From the NCBI GenBank assembly GCA_021163225.1, contig JAGGXE010000063.1, positions 1 to 47,647 of the forward strand: a stretch of DNA of 47,647 nucleotides, given 5' to 3'. This stretch comes from Candidatus Micrarchaeota archaeon (lineage in GTDB: Archaea > Micrarchaeota > Micrarchaeia > Anstonellales > JAGGXE01). Of the stretch, positions 45,701-47,647 are shown piece after piece. The notes below the pieces were generated by a model. The model saw only the letters and a list, made by a program, of their open reading frames with translations. It was not told where the DNA came from and did no database searches. Positions within the stretch are counted from its first letter, which is position 1; each line of letters starts with the position of its first letter. The position numbers and the translations under genes were made by a program.

Positions 45701-47020
45701 CTACGATTCTTTCAACCGTTTAATAAACTCTGAACCGCGTCCCTCGATCACACTGTGAACCACGTCCATACCGGACATTATATCGTCTACCGACACATCC
45801 AACAGTGATGCCAGTAAATCGATCTTCTCAGGATAACGTAATCCTAAGTAACCTGGACCGAACGAACCCGGCACACGCATCTTACTTTCATGGGCGACCT
45901 TCTCAGCAACGGTTTTACCGAGGTCTTGGAGATGTACCATCCTACCGTACTCGTCCAACATGATCAGTTGGTCGGCGGTGGGGTTGATGGCTAACGAAGG
46001 TATACCGCCGTTGTCCGATTCCCTTGCCGACCCTGTCTTAAGAATATAATGTTTGAGCAACGGCAGGGACAACGCACGAAGAGCGGTTCCTGTTGCAGAC
46101 GTCTTACGCATTCGGTTCCTGAGATTAATCTCGCGAACGATTGCCGGGTCGAGCCGGTATCTTCCAGGGTCCTCTCTGAACGGGTTGTCAGCAGGCATAT
46201 CGACAGGGTCCTCTCTAAGAAATCCTTCCTCGACCAAAACCGGTACTACATGCCCGAAAAGTTCATCATCGGTTACAACTACATCTTCTACGAATCCGTG
46301 CTCCCTAAGTATCCGGTTGTACATGGACAAACGTTCCGACGGATCAGGCAGGTCGACTTTGTTGTACGCAAAAGATGTAACAGCGGTTGCCAACGCTACA
46401 CGGACCGATGCGTCGGTGATCAAAGGTTTAGGTACTACTTTTCTCGTGGATATTATCCGAATGTTGTCACCGTACTGCGTCTTAGCACGGTTGACGGCGT
46501 CTTCACCCAACATGTTCAGTCGCACCGTTTCCCTTCTCACCCCCTGATCCGTACGCTGTTCAAAGGTGAGCAGAACATACGGTTGTCTTCTGCCTTTCAA
46601 CCATTTGTTGACGGTGTAATACGCATCCACTGCAGATAGAGGTAACCTGAGGAGTTGCGATACATAGTTCCCATCGACGGGAAGATGCTGTTTAAGTTCG
46701 TCATCGAAAATGCTGTTGAGTAGATAATGGGAAGCCAACGCAACACGTGTCCTCCTCAGGGTCATCTTCTTTAAGAACGCTTCGTATTTGAGGATACCGA
46801 ACTGTTTCTTGATATCCAGAAGGTCGTCGCGTTCCAGTTCCGATGCAAGTTTACGTAAAGAGATCATCGGCAGATAAGGTACGTCAAACCCGTAACGAAC
46901 CATCTTCTCTTTAAACTCGTTAAGTTGACGGATGTGAGCATCCAGGTTCTCTTTTGCAGAATCGATAGTTATGCCGTCCATGAATTCGTTGGCCTGTGCG
47001 ATCAACCTGTTAGAATACAT
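45701..47020 (-). CDS. 439-aa hypothetical protein
   Basis: Long ORF with core-like composition, 11 nt upstream of the HTH gene on the same strand. No motif that I recognise. Confidence 0.75.
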   Translation of the reverse strand: MYSNRLIAQANEFMDGITIDSAKENLDAHIRQLNEFKEKMVRYGFDVPYLPMISLRKLASELERDDLLDIKKQFGILKYEAFLKKMTLRRTRVALASHYLLNSIFDDELKQHLPVDGNYVSQLLRLPLSAVDAYYTVNKWLKGRRQPYVLLTFEQRTDQGVRRETVRLNMLGEDAVNRAKTQYGDNIRIISTRKVVPKPLITDASVRVALATAVTSFAYNKVDLPDPSERLSMYNRILREHGFVEDVVVTDDELFGHVVPVLVEEGFLREDPVDMPADNPFREDPGRYRLDPAIVREINLRNRMRKTSATGTALRALSLPLLKHYILKTGSARESDNGGIPSLAINPTADQLIMLDEYGRMVHLQDLGKTVAEKVAHESKMRVPGSFGPGYLGLRYPEKIDLLASLLDVSVDDIMSGMDVVHSVIEGRGSEFIKRLKES

Positions 47021-47103
47021 AATGATAGATAATGTCAGAACTTGTTTATAACACTTTTCATATACTGCTGAGAAAGAAGTTTTAAAAATAGAACATACTA
47101 TAT

Positions 47104-47647
47104 ATGTCTTGTAGAACTATGAAATCGCAAGAAATTCCATCACTCAGCAAACTAAAAAAGATAAAACTTGACGATTTGGATGATGAGATAAAAGAGAGAC
47201 TGTACTCTTATTGTGAGACATTGGATGACAGGTTATATCCTGAATCTACAAAAATGATTAAAGGCAAGTATAAAACGCTTTATGTTTTCGGCAAGATGGT
47301 TAAGAGAATGGAACCTAAGAGCGAACATAGGAAAAAAGGAGAACTGCTTATATTCATGGCTGTTGAAAGGACTACTAAGCAAAAGACTAAGGATGAAGAA
47401 AAGAAAACTGAGATAAGAGAGACAAAAAAAGAGAAAAGGGGAGGAGCCAAGACCGAATTCTTAAAATACAAGGAGGAAGGAGAGACCAAGATAGATAGGA
47501 TAGTAAGGGAAGAGATAGAGATCTATAGATTAAGAAAGAGGATAAAGAGTTTGAAGAAAAGATTTAATAGAGATGAGATTAAACTCATAAACAAACTTGT
47601 TTCTGAATTGTCTGAAAAATTAGATTTTAACATCTCTCAGGAACTAA
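47104..47647 (+). CDS. Partial K/E-rich hypothetical protein (at least 181 aa, continues past the window end)
   Basis: I checked codon by codon and found no stop from the ATG at 47104 to 47647, with an in-frame TAG at 47089. This ORF is absent from the supplied track, presumably because it has no stop in the window. TTTTAAAAATA at 47080-47090, so the ATG at 47119 (MKSQEIP) may be the real start. Confidence 0.55.
   Translation, partial: MSCRTMKSQEIPSLSKLKKIKLDDLDDEIKERLYSYCETLDDRLYPESTKMIKGKYKTLYVFGKMVKRMEPKSEHRKKGELLIFMAVERTTKQKTKDEEKKTEIRETKKEKRGGAKTEFLKYKEEGETKIDRIVREEIEIYRLRKRIKSLKKRFNRDEIKLINKLVSELSEKLDFNISQEL

Noticed and set aside
46049-46639. 196-aa and 164-aa plus-strand ORFs.
   Set aside because: They are nested antisense ORFs inside the 439-aa minus-strand gene. 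That gene is longer and forms an operon-like pair with the HTH gene.
47280-47489. 69-aa minus-strand ORF (Ser/Phe/Leu-rich).
   Set aside because: It is antisense to the open-ended K/E-rich plus-strand frame, which I verified has no stops.

Overview
This 47.6-kb window is an archaeal chromosomal segment, not bacterial. The markers are split RNAP A'/A'' and B''/B', RpoH, eL30, a KH-type NusA, SecE-Spt5, a class I CCA enzyme, an archaeal GluRS, and a BHB-type tRNA intron. Gene packing is tight. Many stop/start junctions abut or overlap. Internal genes carry GGTG-type Shine-Dalgarno sites, and first genes have a TATA box about 25-28 nt upstream of the ATG, which looks leaderless. This suggests a small-genome (possibly DPANN-like or reduced euryarchaeal) lineage, but that is inference only.

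Housekeeping content:
- rpoH-rpoB2-rpoB1-rpoA1-rpoA2-rpl30e-nusA-rps12-rps7 cluster (1.3-10.6 kb)
- thpR, tRNA-Asp(GUC), and a bacterial-type queA
- an e2b2-deoA(AMP phosphorylase)-cca-membrane protein operon
- ftsZ-secE-spt5
- DUF424 and an EndoIII-like gene, tRNA-Val(GAC), gltX
- tRNA-Phe(GAA) with a 28-nt T-loop intron
- a Memo-like gene and type-2 IPP isomerase

Accessory content, which I consider the most interesting part:
- A translationally coupled four-gene minus-strand operon (25,734-36,175) encodes proteins of 1064, 870, 961 and 554 aa with no family I can name. The 870-aa protein is a Cys-rich, sequon-rich, CARDB-like secreted protein. The 961-aa protein has a glycine-zipper membrane core and a GGDEF-like palm motif. 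The 1064-aa protein ends in an aromatic/Gly-rich beta-barrel-like domain.
- A separate 1452-aa exported protein has a roughly 580-aa beta-barrel-like C-terminal region.
- An 817-aa orphan gene converges on an exported transglutaminase-like protein.
- An HTH gene sits next to a 439-aa orphan gene.
- Three AT-rich, strand-skewed purine islands encode K/E-rich proteins.

I saw no rRNA, CRISPR array, integrase or transposase.
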